Shown one piece after another: positions 1 through 9,868 of a stretch of DNA of 64,000 nt. The stretch covers positions 32,001 through 96,000 of the forward strand of contig JBNKUM010000115.1 of the NCBI GenBank assembly GCA_050298595.1. Reading direction: 5' to 3'. The translations under genes and the position numbers were made by a program. Position 1 is the stretch's first letter, and each line of letters starts with the position of its first letter. The notes beneath the pieces are model-generated. The model ran no database searches, was not told where the DNA came from, and saw only the letters and a list, made by a program, of their open reading frames with translations. This DNA comes from Gammaproteobacteria bacterium (lineage in GTDB: Bacteria > Pseudomonadota > Gammaproteobacteria > GCA-001735895).

Positions 1-1145
1 CCGATGAAAGTGGTAATCATATTGCTAATCTTGCCTCTGCGACCGATTATACTGAGAGTTATCTTCGCCAGTCCCGAGTCTATACGACGGGTATCATTGC
101 AGGATTGGTTGCATTTGCGGTCGGCATCCTACTCATTTACTACTTTATTCAACACTCGTTCAAACCTATGAACAGAATCCTGACGGTGATTGAAAATATC
201 GCTGTCGGTAATCTAACGGATGAAGTGATAGTAAAATCCAACGATGAATTTGGTCGTGTCATGAAAGGCTTACAGGATATGCAAAGCAAACTTAAAGGTA
301 TGATCGACGATATCAACCTGGCAAGTCAGCAGATAGACTCATCGGCCGAACATCTGGAAACCGTTACCAATGAATCGAGTAAGCGGGTGAATACTCAAAG
401 CCAGATTACCGACCAACTGGTGAATGATATTGATCAGTTAATCAACGCCTCTAATAATGTCACCCAGGCAGCAACTGAAGCCAATAGTGAAACCAGTGGT
501 GCCGTTAACGAAGTCAGTAATGGTCGCAATATCATTACCGATGGAGTGAAAGCAATACAGAATATCTCTGATCAGGTACATCGAGCAGAAGAAGTGGTGA
601 AAAGTGTACAGAATGAAACACAGAATATTGGCTCAGTGCTGGATGTCATCAAGGGTATTGCCGAACAGACCAACCTGCTGGCGTTGAATGCTGCTATAGA
701 AGCAGCGCGCGCTGGTGAACAGGGGCGTGGATTTTCTGTAGTGGCGGATGAGGTTAGAACCCTCGCCAGCCGGACCTCACAGTCCACTCAGGAGATTGAA
801 GCTATGATAGAAAGCCTGCAGGCAGGGTCTGCAGATGCAGTAGAAAAAATGCAGGGCAGTATCAAAATGGTTGAAAAGGGTGTGGAAATAGTCAATCTTG
901 CCGATCAATCCTTTGACACTATCGCCCAGTCGATGACCTCTATCAGCGCAAAGAACGAAAGTATATCTAGCGCTTCAGAAAACCAGATGTCTATATCACG
1001 TACCATGCATGATAATGTCCAGACTATATCTTCTGCTACCAATTCAACATTGGAAGGCAATCAAATAACTGTGACCTCCACCGAAGAATTAATAGCGCTG
1101 GCAGAAAAACTGAAGCAGAAGGTTAAACAGTTTACTACCTCCTGA
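1..1145 (+). CDS. Methyl-accepting chemotaxis protein (5'-truncated by the window)
   Basis: Frame is open from position 3. TM helix, then HAMP (GNLT...DEFG) and the MCP signalling hairpin [34 protein letters not shown]. Confidence 0.95.
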   Translation, partial: DESGNHIANLASATDYTESYLRQSRVYTTGIIAGLVAFAVGILLIYYFIQHSFKPMNRILTVIENIAVGNLTDEVIVKSNDEFGRVMKGLQDMQSKLKGMIDDINLASQQIDSSAEHLETVTNESSKRVNTQSQITDQLVNDIDQLINASNNVTQAATEANSETSGAVNEVSNGRNIITDGVKAIQNISDQVHRAEEVVKSVQNETQNIGSVLDVIKGIAEQTNLLALNAAIEAARAGEQGRGFSVVADEVRTLASRTSQSTQEIEAMIESLQAGSADAVEKMQGSIKMVEKGVEIVNLADQSFDTIAQSMTSISAKNESISSASENQMSISRTMHDNVQTISSATNSTLEGNQITVTSTEELIALAEKLKQKVKQFTTS

Positions 1146-1252
1146 CAGGTATTTCGCTAGCTTACAGATATATAAGTTACTTATTTCGATCAGCTGATCA
1201 TTACAGATACAAAACACCTTGTAGTGACGACTAATTACAGATTTAATTCTGC

Positions 1253-3046
1253 TTAAAAAGAAGAAAGCGTACTAGCAATTTCTTTCATATTGCTTGCACG
1301 CATTCCATATCGAAATTCGTATTTTTTATAAATTACTTCAATAATACTTGTGAGAAAATATTCATCTCCTTTATTGAATTCACCCTGCCCTAAGGTTTTT
1401 CTAATATCAGCCAACTCTCTTGAAAAAAAATATAATTGGGCGTTGTGTAAAGATTCAAGAGAGTCGAGAACATCTTCAGCTGATTCCGCATCTATTAAAA
1501 ACGAGTAGTCAGTTATATTGCTAAATAGCTTATTGATTTCATTAGGTGTTGCTTTTAATTTTTCCCAGAACCTCTTGCGTAGCTTACGGTCACAATCTTT
1601 TACATAGCTGCTGTTTAGATTTAATGTCAGTTTAAATAACGCATTACTTTTTGGATACCTTCCAACATGTAAGTTCAGATAGTCTAAATCCATGACATCC
1701 ATTTTCTTATCTGAATATAATCTATAAATTACAGATTTAATCTTACTTTCTACCTCATCTGAATCCAGCTCTATCACTCCCTTTTCAATATCATTTAATA
1801 TCCTCTCCGCTAAAAGCAACAGGGTTGCTGGATTAGTTATCGCTTCTTCATCTAACATTTTTCTAATTATTTTGTTTAGTAACTCTATAGCCTCTTCTTC
1901 ATCAAGCTGATGAAAATTGAAAGTATCAAGATAATGCTCATAAAACTTTTCATCTACCCAGGTATTAAAGTTATCCTCAAAATCTCTGTCTATATAGAAC
2001 CCGTTTTCTATAATACTAAAGATACCTTTTAACGAAATTTCATCTAACCTATAGAATATCGTATCCAGAAGTAGCTTTGATTTCTCTGTTAAATACACAG
2101 GTGAGTTCTTATCGAAATAACCAATTTTATTCAGCAAACTAAATCCATTGCTTTCCCGATAATCTCCAGAAATTAATACGGACCTTTCTTTTTCATGGAC
2201 AAAATGTTTTTTCAGTAATATCAATGCCGATAGCAGGGTTAAAAAATAGGTGAATGATAATCTTATAGAAACTTGAAATTCTTTTTCATGATGGCAATAA
2301 ATATACTCATAAAGCTGTATTGCTTCAGAAATTGTCCGTATGTTTTTTTCGCTTACTTTATTTAAAAAATTAAGCAGTGGATCAATATTTCTATACAGCA
2401 AAGTATTTATAAATTTTTTGGAATCTTTATTTTTATAGTCTATTAGCCCCATGGCTATTTCAATTCTGGAAACGCTTGTATTTTCAAATTTATAAATATG
2501 CCTTATCGTTTTCTCTCTTGCCTTTACCAGGTTCTGTATTCCATCCTCATTCAAGGCATTCAGATTCCCTAAAATAATGCATTTTATATTTTCATGTTCT
2601 ACCAGTTTATTGATATAGGATAAACAGACATTTAAATCGCCTACCCATCTTTCCAGGTCGTCAATGCACAAAACAATTTTGAACAACTGCTTATCAAAAT
2701 CTCTATATTTCTTTAGAATGAACTGTACAGCATAACCAACCCCTCCCAACCTGGCTCCCTTCAACAAATCACCGCTAAAATAATCCCCATCTGAAAAGTA
2801 ACTATTTTTTGTATTCGTGCTTATTAAGAAACTTTTATAAATCTCATTCTCGATATCAGATATTGTGCTTAATCCGAAAAGTGATATATGAAAATAATCT
2901 ATGGTTTCGATACCAGGCAAAATAACATTATTGATTAAATAGGTCTTACCCACACCCCAATCGCCATCTAGAACAATGGCATGCTGTGAATAATTCTGCT
3001 TTAAATACAGATCAATAGCCTGGCTTAACTGCTCTTTAGTCAGCAT
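1253..3046 (-). CDS. KAP-family P-loop NTPase with long helical C-terminal region
   Basis: Walker A GDWGVGKT, YFHISLFGL motif, Walker B LCIDDLER, NIRTI. GGAGGAG RBS precedes the ATG at 3046. Visibly AT-rich versus neighbours. Confidence 0.85.
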   Translation of the reverse strand: MLTKEQLSQAIDLYLKQNYSQHAIVLDGDWGVGKTYLINNVILPGIETIDYFHISLFGLSTISDIENEIYKSFLISTNTKNSYFSDGDYFSGDLLKGARLGGVGYAVQFILKKYRDFDKQLFKIVLCIDDLERWVGDLNVCLSYINKLVEHENIKCIILGNLNALNEDGIQNLVKAREKTIRHIYKFENTSVSRIEIAMGLIDYKNKDSKKFINTLLYRNIDPLLNFLNKVSEKNIRTISEAIQLYEYIYCHHEKEFQVSIRLSFTYFLTLLSALILLKKHFVHEKERSVLISGDYRESNGFSLLNKIGYFDKNSPVYLTEKSKLLLDTIFYRLDEISLKGIFSIIENGFYIDRDFEDNFNTWVDEKFYEHYLDTFNFHQLDEEEAIELLNKIIRKMLDEEAITNPATLLLLAERILNDIEKGVIELDSDEVESKIKSVIYRLYSDKKMDVMDLDYLNLHVGRYPKSNALFKLTLNLNSSYVKDCDRKLRKRFWEKLKATPNEINKLFSNITDYSFLIDAESAEDVLDSLESLHNAQLYFFSRELADIRKTLGQGEFNKGDEYFLTSIIEVIYKKYEFRYGMRASNMKEIASTLSSF

Positions 3047-3073
3047 ATAAGTTTTCTCCTCCAAAGATTGGCA

Positions 3074-3228
3074 GAGGGTTTAAACTACTACTGAAATAGT
3101 ATTCCATTGTATGCCTCGATATTTTCCCGGCAATCAAGTCTGTCGTGTTCAGCACTGTGTTATATCTGTTGGCCACAGTAACCCATTAGCCGGTTATCAA
3201 CTGGCTAGTCGAATACTGTTAAACCCTC
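3074..3228. other. Structured non-coding element (multi-branch fold)
   Basis: Perfect 10-bp IR GAGGGTTTAA (3074-3083) / TTAAACCCTC (3219-3228), inner stem AGTATTC/GAATACT, and internal hairpins at 3112-3132, 3154-3179 and 3187-3207. Confidence 0.5.
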
Positions 3229-3299
3229 AACCGGCACGCAATCCATGAATACAGGGTATAGATGTTGCTCAATCAGTGGCTAATGCTTTTCCTGATAAC

Positions 3300-3770
3300 T
3301 TAAATTTGGTTGCTGTAGTGTCCTCGTCTTACACCACTTTGCAAAGCCTTGAAGTCATTTCCACTGAGTTGTACCAGGTTCTCATGGTCGCCAGCTTCTA
3401 AATATACATTTGCAAGGCTGGTAAGCGACTCATCCAGGAAAGTCTCAATCTGATAGGCCTGTCCGATTGGTGGCACGGCACCGGGCTCGCAGTCGGGTAG
3501 TAATGAGGCGAATTCATCCTCTTCTACAAGTTTCAACTCCCGATCAAGCTCCCTGCGTAAATGCTTCATATCTATATAGTTAACTGCTGGTACCAGTACC
3601 ATTGCATAGCCCAGATCATCCTTAACCATTACACCCTTGGCGATGTGATCCTCTCGTACATGAGCGGCCTGGGCTGTTTCGTGGCTGGAACCTGAGTGTG
3701 GGTGCGAGACCAGATCGTAGTGTATTGACTTCTGTGACAGATAATTCTTTACGGTTTCTGCTATAGCCAT
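3300..3770 (-). CDS. YbaK/EbsC family aminoacyl-tRNA deacylase
   Basis: IAKGVMV and DCEPGAVPPIG motifs; AAGGAG RBS before the ATG at 3770. Confidence 0.88.
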   Translation of the reverse strand: MAIAETVKNYLSQKSIHYDLVSHPHSGSSHETAQAAHVREDHIAKGVMVKDDLGYAMVLVPAVNYIDMKHLRRELDRELKLVEEDEFASLLPDCEPGAVPPIGQAYQIETFLDESLTSLANVYLEAGDHENLVQLSGNDFKALQSGVRRGHYSNQI

Positions 3771-3947
3771 AGCTGTTCTCCTTAGTTTGATTAAAAAAAT
3801 CACAACAGCACTTATAGTCTAGTCCATTTACACCCTTCTGAAAGGCGAGGGAGATCAAATAGCGACCAAATAAATTAATTTTACCCCCGAAATGAAAAAA
3901 TCGATAAAATCGTTGCATTGAATCAATCTAAATCCCCCAAATAAACT

Positions 3948-4640
3948 ATGAACACCTTCAAAACCATCCATAACCGAGCCATTAACAGAAAAGGAGGCAA
4001 TGATGTTCTGGAATCTCTGCTACCTGAAGTTGTAACACCAAAAGCACTGTCTGAAAAACCGGATAGCTACTTTTTAGCCGAAATGACTCGCGGAATTTTT
4101 CAGTCAGGTTTTGTTTGGTCAGTGATCAATAAAAAATGGCCAACATTCGAGGAAGCCTTTTTTAATTTTAATCTAACGAAATTAATGAAGCTTTCTGATG
4201 ATGACTGGGAGGGCTATATGCAGGACACGAGAATTGTACGAAATCGTCAAAAAATTAAAGCCTTAAGGCATAATCTCTGGTTCGTCAATGATACCGCGAA
4301 TGAGCACCATGGCTTCGGTCAATTCCTGGCTGACTGGCCAACTAGCGATCTGGTGGGTTTATTTCGTTATCTTAAAAACAGAGGCAGTAGACTGGGCGGT
4401 AACACCGGTCAGTATTTTCTGCAGCGCGTTGGAGCTGATAGCTTTGCGCTCACTCATGATGTTGTCCTTTGCCTGAAGATGCATGGACTGGAAATCTCCG
4501 ACAATCCATCAAGCCAGAAAGACCTGAAGCTTATTCAACAAACCTTTAACCAGTTTCATGAGGAAACAGGTCTCCCCTATCGTCAGTTGAGCATGATCAT
4601 GGCTTATTCTGTCGGTGAGAATATGGTTCAACCTGATTGA
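3948..4640 (+). CDS. DNA-3-methyladenine glycosylase I family protein
   Basis: IFQSGFVWSVINKKWPTFEEAF, IVRNRQKI and RLGGNTGQYFL are Tag-family motifs. Confidence 0.85.
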   Translation: MNTFKTIHNRAINRKGGNDVLESLLPEVVTPKALSEKPDSYFLAEMTRGIFQSGFVWSVINKKWPTFEEAFFNFNLTKLMKLSDDDWEGYMQDTRIVRNRQKIKALRHNLWFVNDTANEHHGFGQFLADWPTSDLVGLFRYLKNRGSRLGGNTGQYFLQRVGADSFALTHDVVLCLKMHGLEISDNPSSQKDLKLIQQTFNQFHEETGLPYRQLSMIMAYSVGENMVQPD

Positions 4641-4647
4641 GGAACGT

Positions 4648-5715
4648 ATGGATAAGCTGGAAAGGTTAGGCTACAGCGACTGGTTTAAAAGTCGACTAGA
4701 TACTGAAATGATAGCGGCTCATGAGTTAGCTAGGGTCGTTTCAGTGCATAAGGATAGCTTCATTATAACTAATGGGAGTAGTGAGGTATTCGCGCAGCTA
4801 TCAGGGCATCTTTCATATACAGCAGATTCTCCGGTTGATTTACCTACCACGGGAGACTGGATATATGCCGATTTCTATGACGATGATACTCACGCCATTA
4901 TTCATGCTGTAGTAGCCAGAAAAACACTTTTAAAACGAAAAACTGCCGGAAAGCGGGTCGATTACCAGTTAATAGCAGCGAATATAGACGTTGCCTTTAT
5001 CATCCAGTCTGTCGATTACAATTTTAATCTTAGCCGCCTCGAACGCTATCTGGTGATGGTCCATGAAAGCGAAATCACTCCGCTAATTTTACTCAGTAAA
5101 TGTGACCTTATATCTCAAGCTGAGGTTGATGATATAAAGCAGAGCATCCTGGCTATTGCCCCGCAGACTACGGTATTGGCGTTCAGTAATTTAAGTGGTG
5201 ACAATATTGATACGATTAAGGATTCACTATCCCCTGCAAATACCTACTGCCTGCTCGGGTCCTCGGGCGTTGGAAAGACAACATTATTAAACAGCATCCT
5301 GGGGCGTGCAGACTACGAAACGCAATCCGTAAGCAAAAAAGAAAACAAGGGTCGCCACACGACAACAAGCCGAGAATTAATCCTGTTAGATAATGGTGCA
5401 ATGATAATAGACACCCCAGGAATGAGAGAGCTTGGTAACCTGTCTGTCGATAGCGGTATTGACGAAACATTTTCAGATATTCTTGAGCTTACCCAGAGTT
5501 GTAAGTTTACCAATTGCTCACATAGCAACGAAAAAGGCTGCGCCATACTGGCGGCTATCAATGCAGGTGAGCTTTCTGAAAAACATTACCGAAATTATTT
5601 AAAAATGAAGAATGAGTCGGCTTTCAACGAAATGTCTTATTCTGAAAAAAGAAAGAAGGATAAAGACTTTGGGAAATTAATTAAAACCATCATGAAGAAT
5701 AAAAATAAAAGATAG
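4648..5715 (+). CDS. rsgA: Ribosome small subunit-dependent GTPase A
   Basis: Circularly permuted GTPase motifs SKCDL, GSSGVGKTT, GRHTTT and DTPG; zinc finger CKFTNCSHSNEKGC; GAGG RBS before the ATG at 4648. Confidence 0.92.
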   Translation: MDKLERLGYSDWFKSRLDTEMIAAHELARVVSVHKDSFIITNGSSEVFAQLSGHLSYTADSPVDLPTTGDWIYADFYDDDTHAIIHAVVARKTLLKRKTAGKRVDYQLIAANIDVAFIIQSVDYNFNLSRLERYLVMVHESEITPLILLSKCDLISQAEVDDIKQSILAIAPQTTVLAFSNLSGDNIDTIKDSLSPANTYCLLGSSGVGKTTLLNSILGRADYETQSVSKKENKGRHTTTSRELILLDNGAMIIDTPGMRELGNLSVDSGIDETFSDILELTQSCKFTNCSHSNEKGCAILAAINAGELSEKHYRNYLKMKNESAFNEMSYSEKRKKDKDFGKLIKTIMKNKNKR

Positions 5716-5777
5716 TGCCTGAAGCACAAGCTGCTAACACCTGAAACTCAGAAGCAACCAGTTAAATTTATAATTGA

Positions 5778-7079
5778 TTAATTTCGGCGCGATAGCATCG
5801 CAAACGCAGTAACTAAAAGCGCCGCCGCTAATAAACCCACTGCCACTAATATATTATTTAACCACTGCGGAGCTACCACCAGAATCACACCCAGTCCCAG
5901 CATCATGCTGCCGGACATCAACTTAAGCGCCCTCCCTTCATGCTCTTTTAACTTACGTGAGCCAAGGGTAAAGATAAATATCAGAGTAATCACCAATAGC
6001 GGAACCACATAGATGACATTGTAAGCCAGCAGGTAGAGATAATATTCGCTGTCAGACAATTGATGTAAGGTTAATGCACGCGTATACACCATGGGGAACC
6101 CGGCAGTGCATAACAGTTCATAGCTATTAGCAACCACCGCCAGAACGATGGTTCCTGAAATCATCGTGGGCAGGCTGTCGACACTGAGCAATCCACGCAT
6201 ACGTTGAAACAGATCCGGCTTTGCAGACTCAGGGATCGATAGCGTTACGCCCTGATGAAGGTGGAAATAATCTTTAATATTGAGGGCAGCGATGACTATA
6301 GCAATTACTCCAGCTGTCAGCGTGATCCAGCGTGCATCACCTATCAGCATAAACAGGTTCAGCCAGGCAGCCATAAACAGAAAATATATCAGCCCTGAAA
6401 CACTAATGAACAAGCCTCCTATCAAAGCCATGCGCCTTCGATTACGAGCATGTACCAGCAGGCTGAGCAGGAATAACAATACAAAGAAAGCACAAGGATT
6501 GAAAGAATCCAGGCCTGCCAGCACCAGAGTTAGCAAGGGTAGCGACAGATCCTGAGTATCAACTACACCAAAACCTGGCAGGTTAACCAGATTGTCTTCT
6601 TTTAGCACAGGTGCCTGCGCAGCTTGATTCGGGCTAAGCCCCTGATAAAACTGATGACAGCTATCCAGCATCTGGCGTAATTGCGCTGGAGTCGTCGTCT
6701 CATCAAACCCCACTCTCATTACCCCGCAAAATAAAAATCCGGGGACACTGCTAGCATCCTGCCCCAATATTTCAGCCATTTTTATATATAGCTCCTTATT
6801 GGCTTTTTCTTCAATGGGGAAAGAGTGCAAGCTGAGCCAGGGAGTCTCTAGCCCGATCTGCTCTATGACTGGACGCGCCAGCGTGCAATGTGGACAAGTT
6901 TTGGACCAGAAGAAATACAATGCGATCCTGGCATTACCCCTACCATCAGTAGTGGCCCAAATAATCTGGTTATCAAAGCTAAAATAGGGCCCTTTCAGAT
7001 CATCATTTGTCTGTGCCAGGCAGGGAATGAATAACAGGAAAGTCAGCAGGAATAGTATGGAATGTAGTATGCGTCTCAT
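5778..7079 (-). CDS. Thioredoxin/glutaredoxin-like domain fused to a DsbD/CcdA-type membrane domain
   Basis: Signal peptide, periplasmic CPHC, then multiple TM helices with conserved Cys in FNPCA and ELLCT. Confidence 0.75.
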   Translation of the reverse strand: MRRILHSILFLLTFLLFIPCLAQTNDDLKGPYFSFDNQIIWATTDGRGNARIALYFFWSKTCPHCTLARPVIEQIGLETPWLSLHSFPIEEKANKELYIKMAEILGQDASSVPGFLFCGVMRVGFDETTTPAQLRQMLDSCHQFYQGLSPNQAAQAPVLKEDNLVNLPGFGVVDTQDLSLPLLTLVLAGLDSFNPCAFFVLLFLLSLLVHARNRRRMALIGGLFISVSGLIYFLFMAAWLNLFMLIGDARWITLTAGVIAIVIAALNIKDYFHLHQGVTLSIPESAKPDLFQRMRGLLSVDSLPTMISGTIVLAVVANSYELLCTAGFPMVYTRALTLHQLSDSEYYLYLLAYNVIYVVPLLVITLIFIFTLGSRKLKEHEGRALKLMSGSMMLGLGVILVVAPQWLNNILVAVGLLAAALLVTAFAMLSRRN

Positions 7080-7270
7080 GAGATATCCGTAACAAGATGA
7101 AAACGACACTGTCAATAATACTCGCAACCTCTAGACAGATCGAGCAACTAGGTAAGATATTGCCAAAGTTGACTCCATGGCTGATTTCGATCAATAAACC
7201 AGTCGATAATGCCATCCGCTGTTAAAATAGCATCGGAAATTCATTAATCTATTTTTTTATAGGTGAGCAA

Positions 7271-7600
7271 ATGGGATACATATATTTAGCTATAGCTATA
7301 GTGGCTGAAGTGGTGGCAACAAATGCTTTGAAAGCATCTGAAGGATTTACCAGGATAGGCCCGGTCATTACAGTTATTGTGGGCTACGGCATTGCGTTTT
7401 ACTTCCTGTCTCTGGCGCTTAAAACCATACCCGTGGGTGTTGCTTATGCAATATGGGCAGGGATTGGCATAGTTCTGGTCACAACCGTGGCCGCCGTAAT
7501 ATTCAGGCAAATACCTGATACAGCAGCAATTATTGGTATGGTTTTAATCATCTCTGGTGTGGTGGCGATGAATGTTTTTTCTAAAACCATTGCCCATTGA
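7271..7600 (+). CDS. SMR-family multidrug efflux transporter (EmrE/QacE-like)
   Basis: 109 aa, 4 TM helices, membrane Glu in AIVAEV, YAIWAGIG. Confidence 0.92.
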   Translation: MGYIYLAIAIVAEVVATNALKASEGFTRIGPVITVIVGYGIAFYFLSLALKTIPVGVAYAIWAGIGIVLVTTVAAVIFRQIPDTAAIIGMVLIISGVVAMNVFSKTIAH

Positions 7601-7628
7601 GTATAGAATATTTCCCTCTCGTTTAAGC

Positions 7629-7656
7629 TATACAGACTGAATAAGCAGCCTGTATA
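7629..7656 (-). terminator. Hairpin between the convergent SMR and MerR genes
   Basis: TATACAG-a-CTG...CAG-c-CTGTATA; the A/C mismatch is a G-U pair on the minus strand. No clear U-tract. Confidence 0.35.
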
Positions 7657-7673
7657 ACTGTTGAGTTAAACCA

Positions 7674-8186
7674 TTAGAAACTCCTGATTTTCAGAATTTC
7701 ATCTTCATTGATACCCAGAGACTCAAGAAATTTCTGATGTTCTTCTGGCTCCATTTTTTCAAAATTCTGATGCCACTTGATCATGTCTGCTTCGCTAAAT
7801 CCAGAAGCCTGCATGATTTCTACCCAACGTTGTTTGGTTACCATTTTTTTCTCCAGTAGTTCAGGTTGCTGTAAAAGTGCCACAATGGCACTTTGCTGTT
7901 TGCGGAGCTCCACAATATTTTGCTCAAGTTTTTCAAACTGAGCTTTCAATATCTCGCTTTGACTCACCCCACTATCTCGATCCAGAAGAGCCGTTATTTC
8001 AGCTACCGGAATACCAAACGAGCGATAAGCAATAATATCTTTTAACCGTTTCAGTTCAGCTTCTGCATACCACCTATACCCATTCGTGGAGCGTATAGCA
8101 GGTTTTAACAACCCTTTGCGTTCGTAATAAAGCACAGTGGCGCGAGAGATATTACATTTATTACCCAGTTCAGTAACCGTAAGCAT
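7674..8186 (-). CDS. MerR-family transcriptional regulator
   Basis: HTH ISRATVLYYERKGLLKP...NGYRWY, a coiled coil and a small helical C-terminal domain. Confidence 0.92.
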   Translation of the reverse strand: MLTVTELGNKCNISRATVLYYERKGLLKPAIRSTNGYRWYAEAELKRLKDIIAYRSFGIPVAEITALLDRDSGVSQSEILKAQFEKLEQNIVELRKQQSAIVALLQQPELLEKKMVTKQRWVEIMQASGFSEADMIKWHQNFEKMEPEEHQKFLESLGINEDEILKIRSF

Positions 8187-8214
8187 TCATTCACCCTTGT
8201 TGAATCGTACATTC

Positions 8215-8245
8215 AGTATCAACCCTGAACTTATAGACGGGTCAA
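8215..8245 (-). promoter_or_regulatory. MerR-type promoter with 19-bp spacer
   Basis: Minus strand TTGACC-N19-GATACT with an imperfect dyad ACCC...GGGT, directly upstream of the MerR gene. Confidence 0.7.
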
Positions 8246-8248
8246 GCA

Positions 8249-9628
8249 TCAGTCAGCAAATAATTTACCTGGATTCATGATCCCTAAAGGATCCAGACAT
8301 TGCTTAATCTGCTTCATCACCACGACACCATCAGGATGCTCCTTAGCCAGAAAATCTATCTTACCCATGCCTATGCCATGCTCTCCCGTACAGGTGCCTT
8401 CCATCGATAGAGCCAGATTGACCAGCTTATGATTGATCGCTTCTGCTTCTGCAATTTCATCAGGATTATTGGCATCAGGTAAAATCAGCAGATGAAAATT
8501 ACCATCACCAACATGTCCTAAAACAGTAGCAGTTAAACTGGTTTGCTCAATCATCTCTTCTGTTTTAGCTATACATTCGGCTAATCTCGAAATCGGGACA
8601 CATACATCGGTGGTCACAGGTCTACATCCGGGACGCGATGAGACGGCTGCCGGGTAAAGGTCATGTCTTGCCTTTAATATCCGGTTACGATCTTCTGTTT
8701 TAGTGGCCCACTCGAAGGACTCCCCACCCTCTTCACTGGCGATCTGCTGCACCTGCTCCGCCTGTTCTTCAACACCAGCACTGGAACCATGAAACTCCAT
8801 AAATAAATGAGGCAATTCAGGATAATTCATTTTGGAGTATTGATTGATAGCTCGTATTGAAGTGCTATCGAGTAATTCCATACGTGCAACAGGAATACCG
8901 TATTGTATCGCCTGTATTACCGTATTTACGGCTGCCTGAATATTGGGAAAGCTGCATACAGCTGAAGATATTGCCTCTTGCAGGCCATGAAGTTTAACGG
9001 TTAACTCGGTGATAACTCCAAGCGTACCTTCAGAGCCGATGAATAAATGTGTAAGGTCGTAACCTGCAGAGGATTTACGCGCACGCCCACCTGTTTTGAT
9101 AATACTGCCATCAGGCAGCACCACAGTAAGCCCACGAACATTTTCACGAATTGTGCCATAGCGAACCGTATTGGTACCGGATGCACCCGTCGCAGCCATA
9201 CCGCCTAAAGTCGCATCAGCACCAGGGTCGACCGAAAAAAACAACCCGGTATCTCGAATTTCATGAGCGAGTTGGTATCGCGTCACACCGGCCTCAACCT
9301 GACAATCCATATCCTCCTTATTCACTCGTAAAATTTGATTCATCTGTGTCAGGTCTATACTCAAACCGCCCTGTAACGCCTGAACATGGCCTTCTATAGA
9401 AGAACCTGCCCCAAAAGGGATAACAGGCAACCGATATTGATGACAGATTTTCAGTGCGTCACTAACCTCTTCCGTACTACGCGCGAATAGCACTGCATCA
9501 GGAGCGTGAGTGTCATGTCCACCTTCATCCCGGCCATGTTGTTCAAGCAAGCTCTGGTTTGTGGTCAACTGATCCCCGAAGCGGGATTGAAGTTGATTTA
9601 ATGCTTGCGATAATTCATCTTGGTTCAT
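8249..9628 (-). CDS. FAD-linked oxidase (D-lactate dehydrogenase/GlcD-like)
   Basis: PFGAGSSIEG, DPGADATLGGM, GYDLTHLFIGSEGTLG, GHVGDGNFH, GEHGIG, DPLGIMNPGK. Confidence 0.9.
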   Translation of the reverse strand: MNQDELSQALNQLQSRFGDQLTTNQSLLEQHGRDEGGHDTHAPDAVLFARSTEEVSDALKICHQYRLPVIPFGAGSSIEGHVQALQGGLSIDLTQMNQILRVNKEDMDCQVEAGVTRYQLAHEIRDTGLFFSVDPGADATLGGMAATGASGTNTVRYGTIRENVRGLTVVLPDGSIIKTGGRARKSSAGYDLTHLFIGSEGTLGVITELTVKLHGLQEAISSAVCSFPNIQAAVNTVIQAIQYGIPVARMELLDSTSIRAINQYSKMNYPELPHLFMEFHGSSAGVEEQAEQVQQIASEEGGESFEWATKTEDRNRILKARHDLYPAAVSSRPGCRPVTTDVCVPISRLAECIAKTEEMIEQTSLTATVLGHVGDGNFHLLILPDANNPDEIAEAEAINHKLVNLALSMEGTCTGEHGIGMGKIDFLAKEHPDGVVVMKQIKQCLDPLGIMNPGKLFAD

Positions 9629-9868
9629 TTTTTATCCTATTCCTGGAGATTCAATTCGACAGAATTTATCATCTTGCGACACGAGTTCTAACCTTATAAT
9701 TTAATCTCGATGCGAAATTTTCTACCTGCCTGTTTCGCCTTTGTACATGGGACTCTAAAATCACGATTTTTATCTATTCAGTTACCCGTTGATTTACATA
9801 CTTTATGGTATGAATTTACCTGTATAACCCCTTCCTGTCATCTCAATCGAAGCTTCCAACTATCAATA

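Noticed and set aside
3074-3228. attC interpretation of the structured element (GTTTAAC/GTTAAAC ends)
   Set aside because: No complementary L boxes at the required spacing, and the fold is branched.
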